In this document: positions 52,150 through 64,000 of the stretch, in pieces | Layout of the letters: each line of letters begins with the position of its first letter | Position numbering within the stretch: the first letter of the stretch is position 1 | Source: Octopus sinensis | Lineage: Eukaryota | Reading direction: 5' to 3' | DNA: 64,000 bases | Assembly (NCBI RefSeq): GCF_006345805.1 | Contig: NC_042999.1 | Span: 146,072,001-146,136,000, forward strand | Notes under the pieces: model-generated | Told to the model about the DNA's origin: nothing | The model's input: the letters and a program-made list of their open reading frames with translations, nothing else | The model's database searches: none | Program-made: the position numbers and the translations under genes

Positions 52150-53400
52150 GGGAGAGCCAGCCTAAGATCTAAAAGTCATCCACTGGCCCATGTTCTTCTC
52201 CAAATATGAACCTGGATGATCACTTGAACAAGAACTGATCCAACTTGAACCCTCCGAGTTCACCACCACAGCCATCACAAGAAGAAAAATGTAACAGGAT
52301 CGAATGGACCCAGGAAGAGTATAAAGTAATATATGCTTATTACTATGTATTTGGTAAGCTATCACAAGAAAGACACATCACAAATTCCTACAAGATTTGG
52401 AGAACACAAAATCAAGATAGCAGACCCTATTTAAATGAAAACAAGTTAGCAAATCCTAGGAAGGATATCTTCAGAAGTAATAGACTCACATATACTGAAA
52501 TAATCATGATCAAGCATGCAGTGGAAAATGACCTAAATATAAAACTGGAAGGAAAATGAAGACCCAGACGAAGCAAGCAGCCAGCCACAAATCTTAATTG
52601 CAAGACTGTCATCTGACCAAATCATGCAAAGGCCTGAAGAAATAAGAAATTCTAACGGACCTGATAAAGATAGCCATGAACGTGATAAAGAAACAGTATT
52701 TGAAACCTGCACATTTGCTGAAGATCATAGAGTTTATGATGAAAAAGTAGAAAATTCTGAATGTGCTTGCAATTTTAAGACATACAAATATGAATGATAA
52801 AGAACCACTTCATAAACACCTAAATACAAACCAAAATAAAAATAAATTAAAATTGACAACTATGTAACAAAAGAAACCATATAAGAATTAAAACCTGATC
52901 TAATTGAGTTAAATGAAATTATTTACATATCTGCAAAGGCAATTAAAACAAGTTATAAAACTTTGGAAAAGCAATGGGAACCAACTTGAGAAGAAAGCTA
53001 CACAAGTAAAATTGAAAAGATATTGAATTAATGAGAGAGAGAAAATATCAATATCAAATTAACTAATCTGTAGAAATGATGTATGATCTAAAAAAGGAAG
53101 GATGATGAAAAGAAAATATGGATTTTTAACAAGAGAAGTGATATCAACAAAAGAAACACTGTAAGAAAAAATTCAAGCAAGAGCTCAAAGAATATAAAGA
53201 TCTGAGAAAAGAAAGAAGTTTTACAAGCAAAACATTTTACAGAGAAATAGGGAAAGAGAAAATAACCAATGAAGATCCCACTCCCATAGAAGCTGAAAAC
53301 TTTTGGCAAAAGATTTGGGGTGATGAGAAGACATACTATGAAAGTACAGATTGGATTATGCACATAGAAGGATCCAACCAAAATTTACAAGAACAAGCAT
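52150..53400 (+). mobile_element. R4/Dong-clade N-terminal fragment
   Basis: RIEWTQEEYKVIYAYY...YKIWRTQNQDSRPYLNENKLAN..KDIFRSNRLT and ENFWQKIWGDEKTY. Confidence 0.7.
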
Positions 53401-53799
53401 AAATCCCTAAGGATAAATCTCTCAGCAGTTCCGGTTGTTACTTATAGCTTCAATAGCTTCTGTGTTGAATTGGAAGATCAGTGAAATAAAGAAAATAGAA
53501 AAATTTACAAGCTTCTAATTTTTAATAAAATGCATCACTCAAAGGCAGATGTGGTTCGTCTTTGCCTTCACAGAACTGAAGGAGATCAAGGCTTGATTCA
53601 TTTTGTACTTTCTTAGAAAACCATCACAACTGGACTGGCCAAATATCTTGAAATAACTAACAACTGGATGCTAAAACTAGTTGAAAATCATGAGTGGTGT
53701 AATTTTTACACCTTCATTCTATCTTGAAGGTGAGAAAAAGTTAGAATAAAGCTTTACGAAATCTATCTCAATGAATGCCATCTGATCTCTGTGAGCATG

Positions 53800-55830
53800 A
53801 GAAAATTAACATTAAAAAGATGTTCGAATGGAGGTGTGTTGATGTATGTTCCAGTCAAGAGATGTATGTTCCAGTCAAGGTGGAGAGGAGCTTCAGCCAC
53901 ATTCCTCACAGGCTAGAAACATAGGTATAAAATCTTCTGGGAAGGTAACAGCAAAGGTGTAGGAGGTGTGGGCATACTCTTGCAAGGAAATGAGTGGATA
54001 AGGTCACAGAGGTAGTCAGAGTGTGTGATAGTTTTGCAGAATAGAATAACAATTATCTTTGCCTATACTCCACCAAGTAGGTCTAGCAAATGAACTGCCT
54101 TTATGATATACTTCTGCAGACTATCTCAAATATGAGTGACAATGATCTTATTTTGTGGCTGGGGATATCAATAGGCGTGTTGGGCAGTAGCTTGGTATTT
54201 TCCATGGTGTACATGGGGACCATGGAATTAGTTCCTGAAATGAAGAAGGAACAAGGCTACTGAAGTTCTGTGATGCGAATAACCAAGTGATCTGCAACAT
54301 GAACTTCAGGAAATCAACCACCCACCTGTTAACCTACCAATCAGGTGACCACATTAGAGATCGATTATATCTTTGACAGCAGGATGCATGATTGCTTCTT
54401 AATACAAAGATCTTCCATGGTGAAGAATATAGACCCCAGCATAGACTAGTCATTAGTAAATTTAGACTTTAAGTCAGAAGGGTGCCAAGAAGCAAACCAA
54501 TCTGCATTTAATGATTCTGGTGAAGAAGAGGCTTGGAAATGCCATTATGAAAGGCTACAAAATGTGGAGAATAAGTGGGAGGAGAAGAGTCTGCCAAATG
54601 TTGACCCAACTGAGGGACCAATCTGAATCGATAATAGCTTAGTAGATAAAGAAATTAAGGACATGAAGACAAGGAAAGCCCTTGGCCCATCACGTATTTC
54701 CACTGAGATGTTTAAAATATCTGGCGGAGTAGGAAATAGCCTAGGCACCTGTATAGTTAATCAGGTTGTGACTTTCAGCAAAATGAGTTGATAAGGTCAT
54801 AGAGATACCAGAATGGGTAATAGAATGCTTAAGCTTAGGCTAGTCTTACAGAACAGTGTAGTGATAATTATCTCTGCCTATGCCCCTCAAGCAGGCCTAC
54901 CAAATAAACAGAAGGACCACTTCTATGATATTCTTCTGCAGGCTACCTCAAAGATGAAAGACAATGATCTCCTCTTTGTGGTTAGGGATTTCAAAGGGCA
55001 TGTTGGACGGCAGCCTGGTATCTTCCATGATGTGCATGAGGGCCATGGATTTGGCTCCCCAAACGAAGAGGGAACAAGGCTACTGGAGTTCTGTGATGCA
55101 AATAACCCTTTGATCTGCAACACCAACTTCAAGAAGCCAGCTAGCTATCTCATAACATACCAATCAGGTGTTTTTGCTAGCCAGATCGATTACATTCTCA
55201 TCAAACAGTGGGATGCATGGTTGCTCTTATATACAAAGACTTTACCTGGTGAAGAATGTACCCCTCCCCCCCAGTATAGACTAGTCATTAGTGACTTTAG
55301 ACTCCAGGTCAGAGGGATGCCAAGAAGTAAACCAATCTAGAAAAGAAGGATTTGGAAGCTTAAGGACCCTTTATATGGTCAGAAATTTAGGGACGTCCTA
55401 ATTCAGAAATTCGATGAAAGGGAAGAGGAGCTACAGATTTGTGACATAGAGGGCAACGGGGAATTTCTGAGGGACAGCTTGCTAAGTGACACAGACCAAA
55501 TCTGTGGAAGGTGCAAAGTCCCATCCAGACCTAGGGTAATGTGGTGGTGGAATGATGCAGTAAACAGGGCCATTAGAGCTAAGAAACAGGTCTGGAAAAC
55601 CTGGAAGAATGAGGTTAGCAGGGTACTATATCAAATTGCCAGAAGAGATGCTAGGAGACAAGTATATCTAGCCAAGGGAGAAACAGAAAAGAAGTTTTCC
55701 TATGTTCAGTGATGTGAGGACACAATAACTGAAGTGTTTCAGATTGAAAGACTGTGTGAGAGAGAAAATCGTGATGTCATAGGAGAGAAATGTGTCTGTA
55801 TAGATGATGGTGCACTTGCATGTAATGATT
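53800..55830 (+). mobile_element. Two adjacent RTE 5' fragments (APE endonuclease)
   Basis: ORF 54813-55340 IISAYAPQ...DFKGHVG...NEEGTRLLEFC...CNTNFKK...QIDYILI...RLVISDF. A more diverged copy lies at 53800-54790. Confidence 0.9.
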
Positions 55831-56539
55831 CTGCAAAGTTCCGCCAAGGTCAACTTTGCCTTTCATCCTTTTGGGGTCAATTAATTAAGTACCAGTTATG
55901 CACTGGGGTCGATGTAATCGACTTAATCCATTTGTCTGTGCTTGTTTGTTCCCTCTATGTTTAACCCCACCCCTGTGGGTAATAAAGAAATAGAAAATAT
56001 ATATGTATATCAGGCATATGCTCGGTGTGTGTATGAAATTTCCTTGCAATATATTGGTCAGCACAAGTTTGTAGTTGAAAATATTTACTCAGTGGGATTG
56101 AACCCAGAACTGAGTGGTTGCAAAATAGATTTCTTAACCATACAACCAGGCCTACATCATGATAGTCATAGCAGAGATGCTTTTAGTTTTAAAAGATAAA
56201 GATCCCCTTTCAGCATGAAAAACCATGAGATTGCACCTAGAAAGTTCCCCTCTGAGGTATATGGTTGTTTGTGGAAGACCATTAGTCACCCATGTATACC
56301 AGCCTCTGCTCTCCATACCGCCGATATTGTCCAAGGGAAAAGCAAAGGCTGATACAACTTGGCACCAAAAACATCACAACATATTTCTGCAGCTGAGTGA
56401 ATGGGATTAACATGAAATAAAATGTTTTGCACAAGAACAACACACTGCTTGGTATAGAACTCACAACCTTGTAGTTGTAAGCCTGATAAACAAATAACAA
56501 CATTATAGAATATAGTACTAAATAACATAACGTGCATAC

Positions 56540-56735
56540 CATTAACATAAACGTACGTGGCCTCGGATAACACAGCATCTTCTTGCGAAGGATCTGGTTT
56601 TATTTGAATTGAAGCAATAACAGGATCCCATATTGGCAGAGGTTTATAAGAAGGTGGTAACTCCAGTTCACAGAGAGTTTGGCCATTGATAACCTCAGTC
56701 AGCAGAATCACACCATTATTGAATGTCATCAGAAG
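56540..56735 (-). CDS. WDR93: WDR93-like coding exon (phase 0 in, phase 1 out)
   Basis: Acceptor ctcattttgcag|C, donor aatg|gtatgc. LLMTFNNGVILLTEVINGQTLCELELPPSYKPLPIWDPVIAS...YVYVN aligns without gaps, from NG to PVxA, to recalled human WDR93 [42 protein letters not shown] (same NG..C..W-x-PVxA spacing). Confidence 0.85.
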
Positions 56736-57999
56736 CTGCAAAATGAGATGTGAGAGAAGCAACAAAAAAAAAATATATAATTACTACAAAATAAACAACC
56801 AGACTTTCTCTTTGAGAGCAAAGACGGAATTATATAATCAACAAAATCATATAATTTATTACTTTTGTAATTATTTCACTCCATTTAATTGAGTAGCAGC
56901 TATTTAGTGAAATGAGAATGATTTTTACAAATTAAAACCATCACCACCACCACTGCCATTACAATCAATAGCCAAAGAAACCTCTTGGTGTTCCTTTGAT
57001 TTACTAAAAGTAGCAACAAAATACCCCTCCTTTCATCTTATTGTTTTTTAAAAGAAAGACAAATGTACATCTATTAATTTATAAAAGTCCAGATTGTGAT
57101 GGTTGGAAATGTTTTTGATTATAGATATCTTTGACTAGTGTACAGAGGGCTTAAACAAGGATGAGGACATCTACCATTCTCTTATAATAGAATGGAAGGT
57201 TTATGATACCTGTGGAGTATCTCCTCCCATTATAATTATTTTTGTAGTTTCAAAGATCTGGAACACAAAGAAGATGACCACAAGCAGAGTACAATTCAAT
57301 AACCATTTATTTACAGGAATGTTGAGAGAAGATAGCAGAGAAGAAATGTTAGAGATAAATTGCCAATAAGCCAGATAGTCTTTTATTAAATAAAGTCTAA
57401 GATGCTTATTTATGTAATAAGAGTGTTGTCTCATAAGTATGAACAATATTCTAAATATTGGATTCGGCAGCTGATCAAGGCCAAAGTGTTTAACTTAGCT
57501 TCTGATGTTAATTATAAAAATATTGCTTTTGCTGGGGATTTGAAGAATTATAGATCATAAGTGAGCAACAGGATGATAAATCTCCTGCATATGTGACTCT
57601 ACTGAAGCTATATTGGTGGTCAGTGGAAGAAATTCAAGTTGATAAAGAAAGTTATTTTTGCAATTGTTTCCATCACCTCTGAGATCTTGGAAGTTAGAAC
57701 AATTGATTAGTAGCTCAGAGAGGTTTACCTTTTGGGAATGGGACCCACTATAATGTATTTCCATAGACTAACATAAGATTGAATAGTTTGGAGAGGATGG
57801 GAACAATGTTGAGAGCATTACTTTATTGATACACTCTTGGTAGTGAACAGAAACTTTGAAATGAAAGGGAGGAAATGTAATTTCGATTTATGAATAATTA
57901 GGGTAAATTGAGACAAATGAAATGTTAAAAACAAATACAAATAGAAGTAAATAAATCTTAATAAAGGACTAAATATGAAAAAAAAAAAATTTACAGTAC

Positions 58000-58060
58000 C
58001 AGGTCATTTTTTCCAGAAATAGGCACGACCTTATTCAGAGCTGCTTCTGCAAACCTTGAT
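58000..58060 (-). CDS. WDR93: WDR93-like 61-nt coding exon (phase 2 in, phase 0 out)
   Basis: Strong acceptor tttttttaattttgttaatattcacag|A, donor ctg|gtactg. Encodes SRFAEAALNKVVPISGKNDL. It supplies exactly the phase bridge needed between the flanking exons and matches the length of human [21 protein letters not shown]. Confidence 0.72.
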
Positions 58061-59855
58061 CTGTGAATATTAACAAAATTAAAAAAACCTTTAAATTTAA
58101 GGAAGTTTAACATTAATTTAATCCCAATACATTGATAGTATTGATTTCTTACATTTGTCAATGACCACAACGTTGTTGAAAGGTTAATACAGCTGACTGA
58201 ACTGATTCCTCAGTATGTGACAAGCATGTCTTTATTTCACTGACCACCACTTCTCAAATTTATAGGAATGGAAGGCTAAGTTAAATCCAGAATGTAGTGG
58301 GATGGAATTAAATAGAGTAAAGCATTTAATTACCATTCTGCTAACCTTCCACCTTATAATGTTGAAAATTAATTAATGTTATAATCAATGATCAAATGAA
58401 AATGGTTAGACAATTGAAGTCACTAACATGAAAAGAAACAACAAAGTTTTCATTTCACTGATTTAGAATATTTATTACTAAATCTCATATAATGGTAATA
58501 ATGATTCAGACGATGGTGCCAATGAGAATTAATCCCATAACCTATTGAGTCACAGGTGAACTATTAAAAAGTTCCTCTAGCAGATCTAAGGGACAAGTCA
58601 GCTTTACAGAGTTCATCCTTCTTCATAGTGTACTCTTAAAATTAAACAGACACCCTACTGTAATACAATGAAACACTTATTAAATGTATAGTATAACTGC
58701 TGCATCTAACTTGAATTTTTTTCTGCTCTGTGGTACCTATTTACAGACAAAGCCATTTTAGGTTTCAGTATCTTGGCAATTAACAAACTGGAATAATGGT
58801 GAAGGGGTATCAGCTCTGTTTTTCAGATGGACATTCATTACTTTATTGATATATTACTACTTTTGTCATGTCTCTCCCATGAGATAATATACTTGCAATG
58901 TTTTATATAGTGAAACAATTATCAGGAGTCACTTTTAGATCTAAGCAAACAGAGCAGCAGAAATATTTTCTCTTATCTATTAGACAGCAAAATTAAAAGT
59001 TCTCTTTTGGGTAAGGTCCTTGAAACTATGAATGACTTTCACTTTTTTGTTTTCAAAAACTTTCAAAATCAGAATGCCGACCATTATGTGTTCATGATGC
59101 CATAAAAACTATGCAAGTTTACTCAGCTGTTCTATTCTACATTTATAAATTTCAAAATATTTATTTATCATTGCAACTTCGCTAACACTAATTTCCAGAA
59201 AGTAATATTGGAGCCTATGTTTTGCTTTTCTTAAAGTGAAGGAATGGCTGTGTGGTTAAGAAACTCACTTTGCAACAGACGTGGATTTGAGATCAGTCCC
59301 TCAGCATGGCACCTTAGACAAGTGTGAATTTGGTCGATGGAAACTGTGTGGAAGTCCATCACCATCATCAAAACATCTCTTTTCTATGACCTGGGTTGGA
59401 CAGGTTGACAGGAGCTGGTGAGCCAGGGTACTGTGTCAAGTTCTACTATTTGCTTTGGCATGATTTCTGTGTCTGGTTGCCCTTCTTCCTATTTCCAACC
59501 ACTCTACAAAGAGTAGTGGGTACTTGTTTTTATAACACCAGCGCCAGCAAGGTCACCAAATAACTTTCAAAACAAGACCCCTCAAGTAAGTGGTGAGTAG
59601 TAATGAGGGAAGTGTGCCAGGTGGTGAGGGGTTAAAGTGCAACAGAGAGACAGAAACAGTGTGTGTGCACGTGTGTGTGTATCATTGTGTTTGTGCATAT
59701 CCCCACCATACCATAGCACAAGAACCCAACTTAAAGAAATAAGTACCAGGGTTGATTTGTTCATCTAAACCCTTCGAGGCAGAGCTACAGTATGGCCACA
59801 GCCTAATCAGTGAAACGAGTAAGAAAAGATGAAAGATAAAAGCTAAACAACTCAC

Positions 59856-60051
59856 GCAGGTAGCAGTGTTGTCATGGAGTAGGAACCATCAGTATAAGTG
59901 ATGTATTGTACCAGGCCACTGTTTAAAATCGCAATAAGGTGGCAGCTGATTGAATAAGGCTGTTGGTTATTTGGAGGAGTATTTAGTGAAAGGAAGTATA
60001 AATCTTTAAAAGATCCTTCTTTGCTAAGATCAAAAACACCAGACAATATAC
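59856..60051 (-). CDS. WDR93: WDR93-like WD40 protein, internal coding exon (first found in window; phase 1 in, phase 2 out)
   Basis: Acceptor ttctcttttgcag|G and donor cctgc|gtgagt. Open frame GILSGVFDLSKEGSFKDLYFLSLN...LIAILNSGLVQYITYTDGSYSMTTLLPA resembles recalled human WDR93 [23 protein letters not shown]...CVVLCTDASLHLV...TISVLVER. Homology is from memory, not BLAST. Confidence 0.8.
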
Positions 60052-60602
60052 CTGCAAAAGAGAACATATAGTCTACATCTGTAAGATGCATTATTACTCT
60101 CCTATTTATAATTCTCAAAAGACTGCTTTGATAGGCCCTCAATTACTAACACCTATAAAACTGGAAATATCTGGGGCTGAACATAATGCTAATCAAGACA
60201 TGGTCATGGTCTGATAAGATATGTGTATATGCATAATTACACACACACACACTCTCACACACATATATGGCTGACTGTGACTGTGTGGTAAGAAGTTTGC
60301 TTCCCAACCAAATAGTTCTGGGTTCAGTTTCACTGAGCAATACTTTAGGTAGGTGTTTTCTATTACAGCCTTGGGTCGACCAAAGCCTTGTGAGTGGATT
60401 CGGTAGATGGAAATTGAAACAAGCCTGTCATGTATATGTGTGTGCATGCGTATGTGCCTGGTGTTGGTGTGTTCACATCCCTTTAACTTAGGGGTGTGGC
60501 CATAGAATAAGTACCAAGTTTTAAAAAAAAGCTAAGTACTAAGGTCAATTCATTTGACTAAAAGTTTTCAAGGCAATGACCCAGCAGGGAAAGTAGAGTT
60601 AA

Positions 60603-60780
60603 CCCTTTATCATTCACATTATTCTATCAAAAATAATGCCTTTTTATTCATATTGTTTTGAATTAACCATGAATTATCTTGTAGCAATGAGATTTTATTA
60701 AGGAGGCTATTAATTTTTAGAATGATATTGTAGGGTTGGTGAGTGAAGCCAGTTTGGACTTAAGGCAGGCAGAATATTTT
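60603..60780. mobile_element. piggyBac-type MITE, inverted relative to 38734; one end degraded
   Basis: TTAA|CCCTTTAT start. Interior is the reverse complement of the 38734 element (aatgatattgtagggttgg). Confidence 0.6.
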
Positions 60781-60789
60781 GCTTGAATT

Positions 60790-61127
60790 GAGACCCCCTT
60801 CGGTCATGACTGACCTTGGGATTGCACCTAGAAAGTTACCCTTCCAGGCACAAGTCTGGGCAAGGTTGTTTTATGGAAGACCAGCAGTCACCCATGCATA
60901 CCAACCTCCCCTCTCTATGCCACCAGTGTTATCCAAAGGAAAGGCAACAGCAGATACAGCTTGGCACATGTGATGTCACAACTCATTTCTACAGCTGAGT
61001 GAACTGGAGCAACGTGAAATAAAGTGTCTTGCTCAAGAGCACAACATGCAGCCCGGTCCGGGATTCGAACTCACAACTTCACTATTGTAAGCTCAATGCT
61101 CTAACCACTGAGCCATGTGCCTTCACT
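60790..61127 (-). mobile_element. tRNA-derived SINE (family D); partial copy at ~56200-56470
   Basis: Minus head gaaggcacatggctcagtggttagagcattgagc...gtgagttcgaatccc. Shared body gattgcacctagaaagtt...ccaaaggaaaggc. Confidence 0.8.
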
Positions 61128-61563
61128 GAATTTGGTTGAATACAGAGGGTTTAAATGCAGAAGAGTTTAAATGATGATGAAGGAAAACATAGAGACACAA
61201 GGCTGGCAATTTTGAAAGGAGATGGATTCCAGTCTCCAATATTTGAGTGGTATTTTATTTTATGAATCCCGAAAAAGATTAAAAAACCATTGAGTACAAG
61301 AGCTGGAAGAAATACCACATTTTTTCTGCTTGTTTTCTGATGCTCTCATGATTCTACCATCACACTACCATTATTCATAATTAACTAAAGAAGAAATAAT
61401 AATTAAACTAATGACAATCTGAATTGATGAATAAAAGTTAATAAAATGTGTAAAACTGACAACATTTGTTTAACATATGGTGGCTCTTAGTAAAAGGAAT
61501 CACTAATATATTGAAGTGGTAAGTTAATGGGCCTTAAATGTAATAAACAAATACCTATTAAAT

Positions 61564-61608
<45 letters not shown>

Positions 61609-62490
61609 AGTGTATGATAATACATGAAAAGGATAAATAGAGATAAAGAGTTCATTTAAACATTTAAAACATAAAATAAAATATTGGAGTGAATTATAGG
61701 AATATGGAATATAAGAAAATATATAAAAAAAGGTTAAGTGGATTTAAAAGGATGTGAGGGAAGACTCAAGTACAATGCTCTAAATGAGATGTCACTCAAA
61801 TAGAGAAAAGCAATTAGTTAAAGAAATATTAACAAGAATACATTAAATGTGAAGCAAATTTTGTTCAGTTCTGAGAAATTTGAATAATTAAATGATTAAA
61901 TCATAAAATAATTAAAATGATTAATTAACTGAAAAATCTCTGTAAAACCTTTTTAAGATTCAAAAATCAAAAGGTAAAAAAATAAGTTAAATTAACAAAG
62001 AATTTAAATCATTAAATGATTAAATCGTAGGATAATTACAAAGACAATTGCAAGATAATTAAAAAAATTAATTAATTAATTAATTAATTAAAAATAGCAA
62101 AACAGTTTTAAAATAAAAATAAATATAAAAAAATAAGGGTTGAAATAAAAGATGAAATTGAACTAAGAACCAGATTTGTTGCAAGGTAACTGTTACTTTA
62201 TTTAGATATTCATTTTACGTCTCTTTTTTCATGCTAGTGTGGGTTAGGTAATTACAATTTACAGAAAGCATTGTTTAAACAGGCAGACGATCTTACAATT
62301 TAAAACTCATAGTAAAACAGAAAGAAATGTTAATTGAAACCAAATATTTTCATGTAAATTCAACCGAAAATTCTTCCCGTATCAAATTAAATGTTAACTT
62401 TATATATTTGGAGAGATATAATCCATATCAAGTAGCTACGGAAAGAAAAAGAAATGGAGTTAAGTACAAAGAGGGATAAATCGGAGAATA

Positions 62491-62995
62491 CCATAAATCC
62501 TCGAGTATAATCCACATTTTTTTCCCAAAATTTAAAGGTCAAAATCCCTAGTGCGTACTATATACAAGATCAAAAATGAAAATTATTTTCTAAGCAATGT
62601 CCGAGTCTCTATTTGCTGTCTGACAATGTTTATTCAGACGCATTGTCGGGTGCGAAAATACCTTAAGCTAAGCCTGAAAGCAATGAAGTCATAAAAGAAT
62701 CATCCATAACTTGCAGTAAGCAACATTTATTAAACGTTATTACTGTTATTTCTTTATTTTCTGCAAACAAAATGCACAAAAAAAGCTACACGTTTGCATT
62801 ATGTTATATATACAATAATAATAAAAGACGTTACCGTATACATTTTTACAAACCAAGGACGTTATATAGACCTCCTTGACTCATGTTAGAGAAGGGGTGC
62901 ATATTATACACAAGGTTTAGGTTTTTCAGAGGTACAGCCCCCTAAAAATCCCCTGCGTATTATACTCAAGGGCACACTATACTCAGGATTTACAG
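62491..62995. mobile_element. pogo/Tigger-like (Tc1/mariner superfamily) MITE
   Basis: TA|ccataaatcctcgagtata ... tatactcaggatttacag|TA. Confidence 0.8.
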
Positions 62996-63204
62996 TATAA
63001 ACTGGAAACAAAATAGTCCAAGATAATAGCAGATCTCTAAAATGGTTTCTCTCATCAGTGTGTCAAAAACTGCATTAGAGTCAAGTTAATGTAGCCCAGT
63101 ACATAACTGGTACTGAGTTTGTCAGATCAAAAGAGAATGAGCCAACAATGGAGCCTCTATGTGATTCCTCAACTTGCAAGAAATAGCAGCTAAATCTTGC
63201 TTAA

Positions 63205-63372
63205 CACTTTAGCATTTAAACTGGTGGATTTGGCTTCTCACACCTACCCTATAATATCATTCTAAATGTAAACAATCATAACAGTGGAACCTTGAAGCTA
63301 TGAGACAATGCATGAATAATTCAAAACAATGAGAATAAATAAGCATTACATTCGGCAGAGTAATCTAAATGG
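63205..63372. mobile_element. piggyBac-type MITE (same family as 38734)
   Basis: TTAA|cactttagcatttaaac ... ctaaatgg|TTAA, with shared interior ctctcacacc.accctac/taat. Confidence 0.78.
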
Positions 63373-64000
63373 TTAAATAACATGCAACTCTCTAAAAAGA
63401 ATAAGCAGACTTTTAAATATTGAGATCTGAGATCTGCAATGCCTGGGGGGGGGGATAAAATGAGGATAGACAGCATAGGTAGACCACCTTAATGATGACA
63501 ACAACTCCCACTACCCCCACTCATACCTCTACAACCACACCACCATCACCACCCAAAGATCAAATTTTAAAAAAATTAAAACCTAGTACAATTTGAACAC
63601 TGAATATTGAAATAATAAAATTCATTATCATCATCATCATCGTTTAATGTCCATTTTCCATGCTGGCATGGGTTGGACGGTCTGACAGAAGGCTTCACTA
63701 GTCTCCACTCTGATCTGGCAATGTTTCTACAGCTGGATGCCTTTCCTAATGCCAACCACTCTGAGAGTGTAATGGGTGCTTTTTACATGCCACCAGCACT
63801 GGCACTGGCATCATCCACGTTCGGATGGTGCTTTTTACATGCTACGGGCACAAGAGTCAGTTGGGCGGGCATCGACCATGCTCAGATGGTGCTTTTTATG
63901 TACCATGGGCACAGGGAATCAGTCAAGCAGCGCTGGCAATGACCCATGCATGAATGGTACTTATTGTGTGCCACCAGCATGAGAACTAGTCAGGCGGCTC

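Larger units (their letters stand above)
1933..56539 (-). other. 54.6-kb GT-AG intron of the WDR93-like gene
   Basis: Lies between donor gtatgc (56539) and acceptor cacag (1933). Both sides are phase 1 and the protein is collinear across it. Confidence 0.7.

Noticed and set aside
61600-61810. Possible old GIY-YIG/Penelope remnant on the minus strand
   Set aside because: Only a faint motif resemblance in very AT-rich sequence with several stops; not supportable by eye.
63045-63070. CTGATGA..GAAAC motifs at 63052(-), 4424(+) and 33110-33150
   Set aside because: Stem II is missing or too short, and there is no stem I or NUH geometry.

Overview
AT-rich, repeat-saturated animal genomic DNA. The SINE, RTE and microsatellite landscape looks like octopus or another coleoid cephalopod (inference from recalled repeat families). 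One host gene is supported: four consecutive, phase-compatible minus-strand exons (59856-60051, 58000-58060, 56540-56735, 1755-1932) encoding the C-terminal part of a WDR93-like WD40 protein. Upstream exons and the final exon were not found in the window. About 85% of the window is a single 54.6-kb intron (1933-56539). It holds decayed piggyBac-type MITEs, Tc1/mariner, hAT, Helitron/Helentron-like elements, RTE, CR1, R4/Dong and Penelope-like retroelements, tRNA-SINEs and microsatellites. The most unusual structures are: (i) several type-I hammerhead ribozyme motifs, including a complete minimal one at 7973-8056 and one mirrored in a ~99%-identical 360-bp fold-back (8250-8992); (ii) a head-to-head tRNA-SINE/hammerhead palindrome at ~30.6 kb; (iii) compensatory changes in the terminal inverted repeats of two Helentron-like copies; (iv) a near-identical 1.8-kb tandem duplication with junctions in (TA)n; (v) a TTAGGG filler at a LINE deletion. 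Most ORFs in the supplied track are microsatellite or antisense-TE noise. No database searches were run; family assignments rest on recalled motifs.
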